DNA of 47,422 nucleotides from a bacterium (GTDB lineage Bacteria; Hydrothermota; 32-111). The notes under the pieces are model-generated. The model searched no databases, was not told the DNA's origin, and was given only the letters and a program-made list of their open reading frames with translations. The stretch is from positions 1 through 47,422 of the forward strand of contig JAWOBN010000070.1 of the NCBI GenBank assembly GCA_046484245.1, read 5' to 3'. The position numbers and the translations under genes are program-made. Shown piece after piece: positions 1 to 10,750 of the stretch (position 1 is its first letter; every line of letters starts with the position of its first letter).

Positions 1-482
1 CTGAAGATCCTTGTGGGGTCCTCAGTAAAGAGGCCTTTCCTGTTTGCCCTGACAAGACCACTGTGGAGATCATCTAATCCACCGGTTTTATCAATGATCT
101 CTTCTGTTTCAGGTGCCATTGCCATTGAATTGATTGTAAAATCCCTTCTCCTGATATCATCCTCAATGCCTGCCGGTTCAATGTCAGGCAGTACGCCGGG
201 CCTTTCATAAACCTCCCTTCTTGCTGTTATAATATCTACTGAGAGGCTGTCTATACTGTAGGCAGCTGTTTTGAATCGTGAAACCATCTGCGGTTTTGTT
301 TCAAAATATTCATTGAACACTCTGAGGAATGCGTCAAAATGATATTCAACAGCAATATCAATATCAGTGAGATTTTCAATACCGAGGATTCTGTCCCTGA
401 CAAAACCGCCTATGAGATAGAAATCATACTCTGTATTCTTTGAAATATCTTTTAATGAATTGAGGAAAGTATGATAATTCAT
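1..482 (-). CDS. Class II tRNA nucleotidyltransferase, N-terminal part (runs off the window edge); probable A-adding or CCA-adding type
   Basis: Not in the ORF track. Manual translation from ATG at 482: MNYHTFLNSLKD...YLIGGFVRDRILG...TDIDIAV...DIITARREVYERPGVLPDIEPAGIEDDIRRRDFTINSMA...GGLDDL...FTEDPTRIF. Shows GGxVRD, DxD, RRDFTxN and EDxxR motifs. Confidence 0.92.
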   Translation of the reverse strand, partial: MNYHTFLNSLKDISKNTEYDFYLIGGFVRDRILGIENLTDIDIAVEYHFDAFLRVFNEYFETKPQMVSRFKTAAYSIDSLSVDIITARREVYERPGVLPDIEPAGIEDDIRRRDFTINSMAMAPETEEIIDKTGGLDDLHSGLVRANRKGLFTEDPTRIF

Positions 483-484
483 CT

Positions 485-514
485 AAAAAATGAGGGGCTT
501 TATTTAAAGCCCCT
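485..514 (-). terminator. Intrinsic terminator after the TPR gene
   Basis: Stem aggggcttt/aaagcccct (493-501/506-514) followed on the minus strand by a T6 run. Confidence 0.65.
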
Positions 515-519
515 GTATT

Positions 520-2112
520 CTACATCCTGCTCTTTGCTTTCTTGAGGTATCTCTCTGCTTTCCTGTTGCCCGGTTCAAGTTCAAGCACCTCTTCAAATTT
601 CTTTACAGCCTCTGCATATTCGCCATTGAGGAAGTGCTGATATCCTTCATCGTATAATTCATCAGGATTCTTCTTCGGCTGGGGTTTGGGCTGAGGTTTT
701 GGAGCCGGCTTATTTGCAGCATCTATTTTTGCCTGCATCTCTGAGTATTTGCGTTTTGCCTCTGCATTATTCCTGTCAAGCACAAGTATGGCATTCCATT
801 CATTCCTCGCACTCTTATACCAGTCCTTGTTTTCATAGGCAATGGCATTCTCCCTGTGTTTTGCTATTGCATCATTGCGCTCCTTGATAGCTTTCCTGTA
901 ATATGCCAGTATTGTCGGGTCATCGGGCAGAATGTCCCTTGCCTCTGTAAGTTTATCAAGCGCACTCTTTATATTGCCTTCATTGAGATCATCCCTTGCA
1001 TCCTTGACAAGCGCAATTGCCTCCTCACGCGCTTTTGCTTTCTTATCATCCTTCTTCTGGAGGCGCACATTGAGTTCTGTTGTTGCATTGCCGGATACGG
1101 AGAATACCCTCTTCTGCCACTTGTAATTATCAGCATCAACCTTTATCTTGTACTTGCCCGGTTTGAGCTTCATCTTGACCCTGCCTGATGACAACTTATA
1201 GGGACCTGCATCAATGTTCTCAAAATCAATCAGTCCGGATATATTCTTCCCTGATGAATTATCCAGTATATTGACAACAAGATAACCGTGCTGCGGTTTT
1301 TCACTCTGGAGATTGAATATATAATTGACACTCGCATCAATGCGCGGTCTCTGGTTAGGGTCATTTGAAGTGAACAATTCTGCATGTGTAAGAGCTGCAT
1401 CAACAGACAGCACATCATTGTGGAACCTCAGTCCTGCATTGACATCCCTGCCGTCAACATCAGCCAGGAATGAGAGATTGTCTATAATAGGCACTTCAAC
1501 ACCGCCGAAGAATCCGAACATCAGATCTGTTGTTATTCCGTCTGTCAACTGTGTCTCATTGAAGAATGCTGCTGTTGAGAGGAATCTGCCTCTTGAATAA
1601 CCGACAAATTCACCCCTGCCGATACCCACACTGAATTTACCTGCACTGCCGAAATCCTTGGATGCAATGAGATACACACTGAGCATATCAGCTGCCCTTT
1701 CATTCCAGGAATAATCATAATATCCGGTTGCACTGGGATCACTGCCTCCTCCGCCTTCATCAATATACTTCCTGTAAGTGATATTCCTCACTCCTGCTGA
1801 GAGGGCGGGTAATGCCTCACTCTCCTTCATAATATTATACTGAAAATGCAGGGCAAAGTCCTTTATTGTGTACATGTTCACAGTAATATCCATTATATCC
1901 AGTATACCGTATGATACAGCCATATTGTATGAGAATGGAACCCTGTCTTCACTGAGTTTGATTGCAGTGGAACCGTACAGTGCAATATCCAGCTGCCCGT
2001 TACTGAGTGTATATGCAGTGGGATTTCCCAGTAACTCCGTTTTCTTTATTGTCAGAGCATTCACCTGTAAAATAATAATTATTGCTAATACTAATATAAT
2101 AAATCGTTTCAT
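520..2112 (-). CDS. Secreted/outer-membrane protein: possible YjbH-like beta-barrel N-terminus, PEGA/carboxypeptidase-regulatory-like domain, C-terminal TPRs
   Basis: Signal peptide; PTAYTL start and alternating beta strands; LKPGKYKIKVDADNY; TPR YDEGYQHFLNGEYAEAVKKFEEVLELEPGN; GGAGG RBS. Confidence 0.75.
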   Translation of the reverse strand: MKRFIILVLAIIIILQVNALTIKKTELLGNPTAYTLSNGQLDIALYGSTAIKLSEDRVPFSYNMAVSYGILDIMDITVNMYTIKDFALHFQYNIMKESEALPALSAGVRNITYRKYIDEGGGGSDPSATGYYDYSWNERAADMLSVYLIASKDFGSAGKFSVGIGRGEFVGYSRGRFLSTAAFFNETQLTDGITTDLMFGFFGGVEVPIIDNLSFLADVDGRDVNAGLRFHNDVLSVDAALTHAELFTSNDPNQRPRIDASVNYIFNLQSEKPQHGYLVVNILDNSSGKNISGLIDFENIDAGPYKLSSGRVKMKLKPGKYKIKVDADNYKWQKRVFSVSGNATTELNVRLQKKDDKKAKAREEAIALVKDARDDLNEGNIKSALDKLTEARDILPDDPTILAYYRKAIKERNDAIAKHRENAIAYENKDWYKSARNEWNAILVLDRNNAEAKRKYSEMQAKIDAANKPAPKPQPKPQPKKNPDELYDEGYQHFLNGEYAEAVKKFEEVLELEPGNRKAERYLKKAKSRM

Positions 2113-2137
2113 CAGCCCTCCAAGACTATTTTATCTA

Positions 2138-2165
2138 ATTATAGATATCTGATAATCCGTGTCAA
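2138..2165 (-). promoter_or_regulatory. Sigma70-type promoter of the TPR gene
   Basis: TTGACA-16 nt-TATAAT on the minus strand. Confidence 0.7.
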
Positions 2166-2328
2166 CAGGTTTTTGATGTTTTTATTATCTGATATGTAAT
2201 CAACGGCCATTATTCTTACATTCAATCTACCCTCAGATCATCCATTTTCCTCCTCCTCTTTCCTATGCATATAATCTCATGGTAAATTCATGCAATTACA
2301 GACCATTATGGAGCAGCAGAATACCCCC

Positions 2329-2356
2329 TTGACTTTTGTCAAATGTTTTATATAAT
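2329..2356 (+). promoter_or_regulatory. Sigma70-type promoter of the first C25 gene
   Basis: TTGACT-16 nt-TATAAT, followed by AAGGAGGT RBS. Confidence 0.65.
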
Positions 2357-2378
2357 AATACAAAGAAAGGAGGTCGTT

Positions 2379-5300
2379 ATGAGATTCAGATTCCTTTTAA
2401 CCATTTCATTAATACCATTTATGCTCACTGCTGCAATTGTGAACCCCCAGTCGGAACCCCAAGACACAATATCTGTCGGGAAGTCCCAGAAGACTGATAC
2501 AAAGATGATCTTTGATTACTGCAAATATTTCCTTCTGTGCAATCCCGCAGGTTTCAATACTGAGGAATTGAAATATTACTCCTTTGCTTCGGGTTTTGAT
2601 ATTGTTGAAACAGCCCATTACTCGCAGGACAGTATTGCTGCTAAGGTTTCCGCACTTCACTCAAGCAGAGGCAGGCCTGCTGCCATTATTCTTGTGGGTG
2701 ACGAGATTATACTGAAGCCCCACTGTGAGCTTGTTAATCCCTACAGCGGGAATCATTTTTCCACTGATGATTATTTTGCAATTGACGGAGATTCCGTAAA
2801 TCCTGTCTGCCCTGTCTTCCGTCTGCCTGTCAAGACACAGTCACAACTGGATAATCTGCTCTCAAGGACAGTCCGTTTCATGCAGAATGCGTCACTCTCA
2901 GACATATCTTTAATGACTCCATTTGAAGACATCAACAGTGACTCTATTGAGGATTATCATTACTGTATGACAAATGAGAGGATCCGCCTGTCCCTGGCAG
3001 GTGATTTGTCTTGCTCATATTCATACGGGTCTGATTGCCCTTATCCGAAGTATCTCTATGACGGTGCGCTGCTGCCTGATGAACTGCTCAAACCGCATTA
3101 TGACTGGGATATTTCCCATGATGATTTCAATGAGTGCTTTGAAAACCCCGCACTTGTATCATACTGGGGGCATGGCAATGAACTGGCGACAGTGATGCCC
3201 CATCTTTCAACTGCCTATATGACTTATTATAACATGAATACAGGCGGGCTGCTCTTTCTCTTCTCCTGTCTTACCGGCAATTTCAGCAATGACCTCAATC
3301 AGCACAATACTTGCCTGGCGGAATCCCTGCTTCTGTATGACCAGGGTGCTTCATTTGTCCTTGCATCCTCAACAGAGACATTCCTGCAGTACAACAGGAA
3401 TATGCTCCTCATGCTCTATGACTGTCTTGACAACAGCCTCTTCCCTGTTGGAAGTGACGAGTCTGATCTGCATCTCTACAGAATTGTCCATTCATTAAAG
3501 GCGCATACACTGTCATTTGCAGGCCTCAACAGGTATTCATATGCACAGGCGAGGAGCTATCATGCATTCGGACTGCCGTTTCTTATTATGATGAAGACAG
3601 GCAGCCCGCATCTCTTTGACACCCCCGATACTCTCTACACCAGTAATCCTCGTCTTGATATCCATGCTTATGCCGGTGACACACTCTTTATATTCTCTGA
3701 CAGTGTCTTTTATGACACTTTTGCCGTCAGTTCCGGCCTTAACAGCAAGCTAATCACCAATACCCCGGAGGGATTACTCTACATTTCCTCATACAAGAAC
3801 GGATATCTCCATATTGATTCGGTGAGTATTATCGCTTCACCGTTTCATATATCGGGTTTTGACATCAATGACATCACAGGTGATAATGACAATACTGCAG
3901 AATGCAGTGAATCACTGTTTGTCTCATTTGACTGTTTTGCTGACACCTGCCGGAGAGTCCGTGTTATTTCCGGTGAAACCCATGTCATAGATTCTGTTCT
4001 GGATATATGCGCCGGAACAATGCGCGACTCTGTTGCTGTAATAATGAAAGACAGTGTCACGAGATGCAGGATGTATTTTGTCTCAGGCTCTGATTCATTT
4101 GTATATGACATGCCTGTTGAAAGACGGGCTGTTCAATTGGATTCCGTAATTATGCTTGATGACTATCCGCTTGCGGAGAATGAATATGTCAATTTCAAAT
4201 TCCACTTCTCATTCGGCGGTCATGATTATGATTCGCTTCTCATTGATTTTATCTCAGACAGTGCTGATTTCATATATGAGACAGTATCAGTGAATAATTG
4301 CTCTGACCCGGCTGTTGTATTCAATACAATCCGTTTTACAGGCAGATACTGTCCTGTCACAATCAGGTGTTCTTCGCGTTTTCTCAAGAATGAGTTTTCA
4401 ATGGAATTCTCCGTACCGCTGAGCAATGAACTCTTTGTCTATGATCCTGCAGGCATGCTCCGGGGCTCATCTTTTCTCAATTTCCTCAGGGATTCACTGG
4501 GACTGTCCCCTGTTACAGGCAGTGCATTGAATGATTCCGTAATATACCCGGCATATATATTCTCCATGGGCAATTATCCTGATAATAATGAAATGGACAT
4601 ATATGAAGCTGACTTTATAAGAGAACTGTTCTGCAGGAATATACCCCTGTATCTGGAGGGAGGGGACTGCCTCGGTTATGACAGTGAGGGCAGGGACCTG
4701 CAGGATTTGTTCAATATTGACAATGCATATGACGGCAGTGACATAAGTTCCGGAACAAGGATATACTTCACCCCGCTGGATGATTCACTCACTGTAAGGG
4801 AGCAAGCGGGCTGCATTGATTATTATAATACGGATAATTGCATGCACACTGCATCAGGCAGGTCATATTCATCATTGTCTCTTACAGGATTGGCTCAGTC
4901 AATTTCAGTAAGCAATCTCCATTATCCTGACAGCAATAAGATGTACTACTTATATTATCTCTTTCTCATGCGCCCCTCTGCCAATCTGCTCTTTCCAGGC
5001 AGTATTACAATGAAACATACCCAAACATTAAATATATTCAATGGGGGCAGTACTGTAATGATGGAGATGCTGCACACACCCTCATTTTTAAGAAGTGTTC
5101 AGTACAGCAAGAGAATAATCCCCTCTGATACATCTATCAGTATCAAGCTGATTCCCGACAGGCAGTTCAAGGGTTTGCTCACTGATTCCATTGTATTCAC
5201 TGTATTCAGTGATACTTTCTCCATTGAGGTCAATTATCTGTCCCCTCACAGCTATGCCCTGGACAGGGAAGAGAGGGGTGTTGACCCGGCTGAGCATCCG

Positions 5301-5441
5301 CTTGATAAGGCAGGTGATATAAAATCCCCTGTCTCTTCCCATAAGCCTCTCCTCTATGACAAGGCAGGCAGAATTGTCCGGCAGCCTGTTGGTGGCGTAT
5401 ATTTCAGCAAGTCACAGGGCAAATTTGTATTTATAAGATGA
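2379..5441 (+). CDS. C25 (gingipain-like) cysteine peptidase family protein with short T9SS-like C-terminal tail
   Basis: Start moved to the ATG at 2379 (RBS aaggaggt, signal peptide). IILVGD, TDDYFA, GHG and FSCLTG (His/Cys dyad), LAESLL; C-terminus LYDKAGRIV...GVYF...KFVFIR. Confidence 0.75.
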   Translation: MRFRFLLTISLIPFMLTAAIVNPQSEPQDTISVGKSQKTDTKMIFDYCKYFLLCNPAGFNTEELKYYSFASGFDIVETAHYSQDSIAAKVSALHSSRGRPAAIILVGDEIILKPHCELVNPYSGNHFSTDDYFAIDGDSVNPVCPVFRLPVKTQSQLDNLLSRTVRFMQNASLSDISLMTPFEDINSDSIEDYHYCMTNERIRLSLAGDLSCSYSYGSDCPYPKYLYDGALLPDELLKPHYDWDISHDDFNECFENPALVSYWGHGNELATVMPHLSTAYMTYYNMNTGGLLFLFSCLTGNFSNDLNQHNTCLAESLLLYDQGASFVLASSTETFLQYNRNMLLMLYDCLDNSLFPVGSDESDLHLYRIVHSLKAHTLSFAGLNRYSYAQARSYHAFGLPFLIMMKTGSPHLFDTPDTLYTSNPRLDIHAYAGDTLFIFSDSVFYDTFAVSSGLNSKLITNTPEGLLYISSYKNGYLHIDSVSIIASPFHISGFDINDITGDNDNTAECSESLFVSFDCFADTCRRVRVISGETHVIDSVLDICAGTMRDSVAVIMKDSVTRCRMYFVSGSDSFVYDMPVERRAVQLDSVIMLDDYPLAENEYVNFKFHFSFGGHDYDSLLIDFISDSADFIYETVSVNNCSDPAVVFNTIRFTGRYCPVTIRCSSRFLKNEFSMEFSVPLSNELFVYDPAGMLRGSSFLNFLRDSLGLSPVTGSALNDSVIYPAYIFSMGNYPDNNEMDIYEADFIRELFCRNIPLYLEGGDCLGYDSEGRDLQDLFNIDNAYDGSDISSGTRIYFTPLDDSLTVREQAGCIDYYNTDNCMHTASGRSYSSLSLTGLAQSISVSNLHYPDSNKMYYLYYLFLMRPSANLLFPGSITMKHTQTLNIFNGGSTVMMEMLHTPSFLRSVQYSKRIIPSDTSISIKLIPDRQFKGLLTDSIVFTVFSDTFSIEVNYLSPHSYALDREERGVDPAEHPLDKAGDIKSPVSSHKPLLYDKAGRIVRQPVGGVYFSKSQGKFVFIR

Positions 5442-5468
5442 AGGGAGAGGTTTAAACCTCTTCCCTTC
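5440..5468. terminator. Hairpin between convergent genes, possible bidirectional terminator
   Basis: gaagggagaggttt/aaacctcttcccttc overlapping both stop regions. Confidence 0.5.
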
Positions 5469-8400
5469 TTCTCTTTATCCTTGACTCCACTATTGAATAG
5501 AGTACAGGTATGATAATAAGTGTCACCAGTGTGGATATAAAGAGGCCGCCCACCACAACAATACCCAGCGGCCTCCACATGCCTGAACCGCTTCCGGTTG
5601 AGACAGCCAGTGCCATCAGTCCGCTCATTGTGGTGAGTGCAGTCATCAGCACGGGCCTGAGACGGGTCTTGCCTGCAAGAGGCACAGCTTCCTCAACTGA
5701 CATGCCCCTTATTCTCAATTGATTGGTGAAATCAACAAGAACAATGGCATTATTGACTACAATACCTACCAGCATCAGCATGCCAATAAATCCCATTACG
5801 GACAATGCTGTATTGGTAATGAACAATGCCCATATCACACCGACAAATGCAAACGGCAGTGAAAATATTATGATAAACGGGTCAATGAATGACTCAAACT
5901 GACCTGCCATTACAAGGAAGACAAGAAGAATGCCCAGCATAATTGCAATTGCCAGATCCCTGAATGATTCCTGCTGACTCTCCACATCTCCGCCCTGGTC
6001 TATTCTCACACCATCAGGTATTCTCAAGTCCGAAACAATTTCATCCACTGCCAGTGTTGCTTCGGAAATAGGTATGCCGTCAACATTTGCCTCCACCTTG
6101 ACAAATCTTTCAGCATCCTTTCTCTCAATAAGAGGCGGCTCTTTTGTTCTCTTTATTTCAGCCACAGCAATTAGGGGCATGGACATCCCCATGGGATTGT
6201 AAACAGGAATACCGCTCAGATCATTAATTGATGTGAGGTATTTCTTGTCAAATGCCAGATTAATATCATATTCAAATCCGTCCTTTCTGAAGACAGAGAT
6301 ATCACTGCCATTGATGCCTGTATAAAGCGACTGCATGAGAAATGCGGTATTCATTCCTGTTGACGGCATTTTATCCTTTCTGGGTATAATGGAAATATTA
6401 TCAAATGCCTCATCCCTTGACAACGATATATCCACCAGACCGCTGACATCCTGCATACGGTCTCTGATTGATTTGGCAATAGAGAATATTTCCTCTACAT
6501 CACTGCCGTATATCTCCAGCTGTATCTGTTTGCCTCCGCCCATGAATCTGCCCCCGGGGCCGCCTGCAGAGAAATTGGATGACTGAATTTCAGGATAGGT
6601 GTTGAGCATGGCTCTGATTTTATTGATTGCATCACTGTATGTGCTTTCCCCTTCAAGATTCAGTTTGCCTATGACAGTAATTGAATATGAATTCCTGTCT
6701 GTTGACATTGCGCTATTGCCCCCTGATTCAAGCCCCGCCTGCATGGACCATATTGCAAATTCGGGGATCTCATTGGGTATAAGGATATTGAGTGAATCAA
6801 TAATGCTTGATGTTTCCTCAATTCTCATGCCCGGGATCAGCTTTACTGTTCCAAACACCATGGAGCTGTCCTCACTGGGGAAGAACTCTGTCTTCAGTGA
6901 AGGGATGATCATCAGCGACAGTATGAATATTATCACTGCTGACAAGAGGATGAATTTCTTATGCTTCAGTGCAAAATTGAGGAATCGGGAATAACCTGAT
7001 TCAACTGCAACAAATACTTTCTCAGATTTCAGCTCAAACTTAGTCTTTTTATGTCCGAGATGCCTCAGTATCCTTGATGAGAGCATCGGGGTCAGGGTTG
7101 TGGATGTTATCAGTGAACCCAGCAGCACAATGGACACTGTGTATGCAAGCTGTTCAAAGAGCACTGCTGTGAACCCCTGAACAAAAAGCAATGGAATGAA
7201 TATGGCAATTGTCGTGAATGTAGAGGCCATGATAGCAGTGACGACCTCTCTTGTCCCCCTGTATGATGCCTGCCTTATCTTCTCATTCTCCTCATCCCTG
7301 TGTCTGAAAATATTCTCCAGAACCACTATGGAATTATCCACAACCATTCCTATTGCAATGGAGATTGAGGCAAGTGAAATCACATTTATTGAACTGCCGG
7401 AGAAATAGAGATAGATAAATGCAATTATAAGTGAGAATGGTATTGCCAGTGCAATAATAAATGATCCCCTGAAGTTCCTGAGGAACAACAGTACTACAAG
7501 AATGACAAAGAAGAAGGCATACAGTACTGTTGAACGCAGATTGTTTATTGAATCCTCAATATCAACAGATGTATCATAGAGCATATCTATGCGTGTATTT
7601 TCCGGATAAATGTTTTTTGCCTCTTCAATCTTCTCCTTGACATCATCAACCACCTCAATGGTATTGGTGCCTGACTGTTTCTGGACAACAATAACAATGC
7701 CTTCATTATCCCTTATCTTACTGACAGACCGCATTTCCCCTGAACCGAATGTCACTTCAGCAACATCCTCCAGATATATGGTCTGATACGAATCTGTTGC
7801 ACCGATAACAGTCTTCCTGATCTCATCAATTGATTCATATTCACCGGGTATCCTGACTGAATATGCCATCTTGCCCTCTTTGACCTCACCAAGAGGTGCA
7901 TTGAGATTACTTGCAGTGATTGCACCTGTTATCTGACTGAGGGTTATATTGAATCTCTGCATAGAAGGTATATCTACCCGGATATTGACGCTTTTATCCC
8001 TGCCCGAAGCAAATACAGAACCGACACCTGAAGCCTGCCTCAGTTTATCCAATACCTGTTTTTCTGTTATTGCATAGAGATCCTCAACCGTCATGTCCGG
8101 TGATGAAACACCTACAACCATTACAGGGGCCATGGAACTGGAGAACTTAAAGACCATGGGGTCAGTCGCACCGTCAGGCAATCTGGATTTCACAAAATCA
8201 AGCTGACTTCTGATATCATTGAGTGCCGCATCCAGGTCCTTGCTGTAATCAAAGGTCACTTCAACAACAGATACTGATTCCCTGGACTCAGAGCTGATCT
8301 CTTCAATGTCCGGGACCATGGACACGGATGATTCAATCTGCTTTGTAATCTGTTCTTCAATATCAGTGCTTGATGCACCGGGATAATATGTAATAATTGA

Positions 8401-8529
8401 AACTGTGGGCAGCTCAATATTGGGGAACAGTTCTATTGGAATACTGGTAAGTGAAATCACACCCAGAATAAGCACTATGAGGAATGATACTATTACAAGA
8501 ATTGGCCGTTTTATTGCTAATTTAATCAT
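5452..8529 (-). CDS. RND (AcrB/AcrD/AcrF family) efflux transporter permease
   Basis: AIKRP N-terminus, GMVVDNSIVVLENI, GIVVNNAIVLVD, RLRPVLMT; 1025 aa. Confidence 0.96.
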   Translation of the reverse strand: MIKLAIKRPILVIVSFLIVLILGVISLTSIPIELFPNIELPTVSIITYYPGASSTDIEEQITKQIESSVSMVPDIEEISSESRESVSVVEVTFDYSKDLDAALNDIRSQLDFVKSRLPDGATDPMVFKFSSSMAPVMVVGVSSPDMTVEDLYAITEKQVLDKLRQASGVGSVFASGRDKSVNIRVDIPSMQRFNITLSQITGAITASNLNAPLGEVKEGKMAYSVRIPGEYESIDEIRKTVIGATDSYQTIYLEDVAEVTFGSGEMRSVSKIRDNEGIVIVVQKQSGTNTIEVVDDVKEKIEEAKNIYPENTRIDMLYDTSVDIEDSINNLRSTVLYAFFFVILVVLLFLRNFRGSFIIALAIPFSLIIAFIYLYFSGSSINVISLASISIAIGMVVDNSIVVLENIFRHRDEENEKIRQASYRGTREVVTAIMASTFTTIAIFIPLLFVQGFTAVLFEQLAYTVSIVLLGSLITSTTLTPMLSSRILRHLGHKKTKFELKSEKVFVAVESGYSRFLNFALKHKKFILLSAVIIFILSLMIIPSLKTEFFPSEDSSMVFGTVKLIPGMRIEETSSIIDSLNILIPNEIPEFAIWSMQAGLESGGNSAMSTDRNSYSITVIGKLNLEGESTYSDAINKIRAMLNTYPEIQSSNFSAGGPGGRFMGGGKQIQLEIYGSDVEEIFSIAKSIRDRMQDVSGLVDISLSRDEAFDNISIIPRKDKMPSTGMNTAFLMQSLYTGINGSDISVFRKDGFEYDINLAFDKKYLTSINDLSGIPVYNPMGMSMPLIAVAEIKRTKEPPLIERKDAERFVKVEANVDGIPISEATLAVDEIVSDLRIPDGVRIDQGGDVESQQESFRDLAIAIMLGILLVFLVMAGQFESFIDPFIIIFSLPFAFVGVIWALFITNTALSVMGFIGMLMLVGIVVNNAIVLVDFTNQLRIRGMSVEEAVPLAGKTRLRPVLMTALTTMSGLMALAVSTGSGSGMWRPLGIVVVGGLFISTLVTLIIIPVLYSIVESRIKRRREEV

Positions 8530-8536
8530 TATTACC

Positions 8537-9400
8537 TCACTTTATCCTTATCTTCTGACCATCCCTGACAAAGGATGAGCCTGCTGTTATAATACTGTCA
8601 CCGCTCTCAATGGAATTGATTATCTCAATATAGTCATTACCCATAAGCCCCGGCTCCACAGGCATCTTCACTGCCTTGCTGTTTTTGATAATATATATAT
8701 ATGAGTCCTCTCCATCACTGTGATATGCTTCATTCGGTATCCGGAGCACGCCCTCTTTCCTCTCAGTGAAAAGCTCTATTGATGCAGTACCGTTTATCAG
8801 TTTCCTGTTGCTGTTTGACAGCATGATATCCACTGAACCGAGTCCTGACCTGTTATTTGGGAAATAGGAGCATCTGGTCACCTTGCCGTCATAATGCTCT
8901 CCATCTACAATAACCTCTGCATTAACACATTCCCTCAATTTATTGAGTATATTTTTCGGCACATCAATACGTGCCATGATTCTTGAGGGATCGGAGATAT
9001 TGGCAACCGGTGCTTGCGGCATTACAGGCTGACCCTTAAGGAATGTCAGATCATATACAATACCGCTTATGGGTGCCTTTATTTTGGCTGATTCATATGT
9101 CATGCCGGGTATGGACCTGTCAATTTCAGCTATTGTCTGTTCCTTTTTGACATATTCCCCTTCACTGACATTGTATTTGATGAATTTGCCGGGCACATCC
9201 GGATATATCTCTGTCTGATTGACACCCTTCAATGTGCCGTAGAATTTCTCTTTGAGTATGACATCGCCCTTTTCTACAATTGTAAAGTCCACAAGACGGA
9301 CAAACTCTCTTCTCTGCACTTCAGGTCTTCTTCCCCTTGCCACGAAAATACCTGCAACTATTACGAGAATTATTATTGCGAGAATGATATATTTCTTCAT
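8537..9400 (-). CDS. RND membrane fusion (periplasmic adaptor) protein
   Basis: N-terminal anchor, biotinyl-lipoyl-like VSEGEYVKK, IKAPISG; lies between tolC-like and acrB-like genes. Confidence 0.9.
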   Translation of the reverse strand: MKKYIILAIIILVIVAGIFVARGRRPEVQRREFVRLVDFTIVEKGDVILKEKFYGTLKGVNQTEIYPDVPGKFIKYNVSEGEYVKKEQTIAEIDRSIPGMTYESAKIKAPISGIVYDLTFLKGQPVMPQAPVANISDPSRIMARIDVPKNILNKLRECVNAEVIVDGEHYDGKVTRCSYFPNNRSGLGSVDIMLSNSNRKLINGTASIELFTERKEGVLRIPNEAYHSDGEDSYIYIIKNSKAVKMPVEPGLMGNDYIEIINSIESGDSIITAGSSFVRDGQKIRIK

Positions 9401-9409
9401 TGTTCCTCC

Positions 9410-10750
9410 TTATAAAAGTCCGACTGCATTCAGCAGTGAATAATACTGTACTATGAGATTATAGAGTCCCTGTGAATAATCAGCCTTTGCCTGTATATAC
9501 CCGGACTCAGCATCCAGATAATCTGAATTGGATATTATTCCCTGTCTGTACTGTTCCTTTGCCATCTGCCATGCCTCTTCAGCAAGCTCCAGACCGGACT
9601 CATATGTATTCATATTCATCTGCGAGACATTGTACTTATCATGCACTTCTTTGACCTCTGCTTTTATCTGATTCTTCATATTGGCATAAGCCATTTTTAT
9701 CTGCTTCTGCTGATGCCCTGATTTCATTATATCAAGCACCCTCTTGCCTCCTGTAAAAACATCAAATGACATTGACAGCCCCCATGTGAAGGACTGGTCA
9801 ATTGCCAGTGTGTCAGAAAAGATTATCAGTGAATCCTGGCTTGCATTGGGAATATTATTATAGGAATTCTTGGCAAACCCGACAATATTGGGCAGGAATG
9901 CAAGCTTGGTCATAAGTGCAGCCCTCTCAACAATATTTACATTTTTCTCAAGTATATTGATATCCTTTCTCTCTTTGAGGGCTTCTGCTGACAACTCCTC
10001 CTCATTCTTGTCACTTATGTCTATTGGCTTTGGTCTCCGGCTTATCTCACTGAGACTTGTCTCCAGCTCAATCTCCTCATCAAAAGGCATGCCTATGAGT
10101 ATCTTCATGGACCGCATCAGATTCTCCTTGGCATTCTCCAGTTCAGCTACACGCGGTTTAACTGCATTGTACTGTGTGCGTGCTGACAATAGTTCAAGTT
10201 TGCTTGCAGCCCCCGCCTCATATCTGCTCTTTGCACTTGCAAGATGCTCTTCTTTTGCCTTGAGCAATGACTCTATCATATCAATGGATTCCTCCATCAG
10301 CAAACCTGACATATACATCTGTATTACAGCCATTTTGATATCGGATCTGTTCCGGAAATACTCCAGGTCCTTTATTTCATTCTGTGTCCTGGATATGAAG
10401 TAACCGTTTATCAGCTTGCCTCCCATGAATATCGGCACGGAAAGCTGCATATCAACAGAATAATTGTCTTCAACAGCCATCTTTATTTCCTGCACTCCCA
10501 GAGGAGTCGGCATGATGAATGTCGGGACTGAATCCAGTTTTGTATATCCTGCACTGACAGTGAGTTTGGGCAGGAAATTGCTGATTGATGAGTATTTGTC
10601 TATTTTAGCCATCTCCCTATCCTCAAATGACATCTTGAGACCCGGGGCATTGTCCAGTGCATAATCTATTGTCTCATTCAGTGTCATTGAGAATACAGAT
10701 ACAGACAAAACAGTAAGCATTAATATTGTAATTGCTGTTTTCCCTATCAC
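9410..10750 (-). CDS. TolC-family outer membrane efflux protein
   Basis: Signal peptide, MTLNETIDYALDN, FLPKL, LSVPIFMGG, RYEAGAASKLELL, YRQGIISNSDYLDA. Confidence 0.93.
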   Translation of the reverse strand: MIGKTAITILMLTVLSVSVFSMTLNETIDYALDNAPGLKMSFEDREMAKIDKYSSISNFLPKLTVSAGYTKLDSVPTFIMPTPLGVQEIKMAVEDNYSVDMQLSVPIFMGGKLINGYFISRTQNEIKDLEYFRNRSDIKMAVIQMYMSGLLMEESIDMIESLLKAKEEHLASAKSRYEAGAASKLELLSARTQYNAVKPRVAELENAKENLMRSMKILIGMPFDEEIELETSLSEISRRPKPIDISDKNEEELSAEALKERKDINILEKNVNIVERAALMTKLAFLPNIVGFAKNSYNNIPNASQDSLIIFSDTLAIDQSFTWGLSMSFDVFTGGKRVLDIMKSGHQQKQIKMAYANMKNQIKAEVKEVHDKYNVSQMNMNTYESGLELAEEAWQMAKEQYRQGIISNSDYLDAESGYIQAKADYSQGLYNLIVQYYSLLNAVGLL

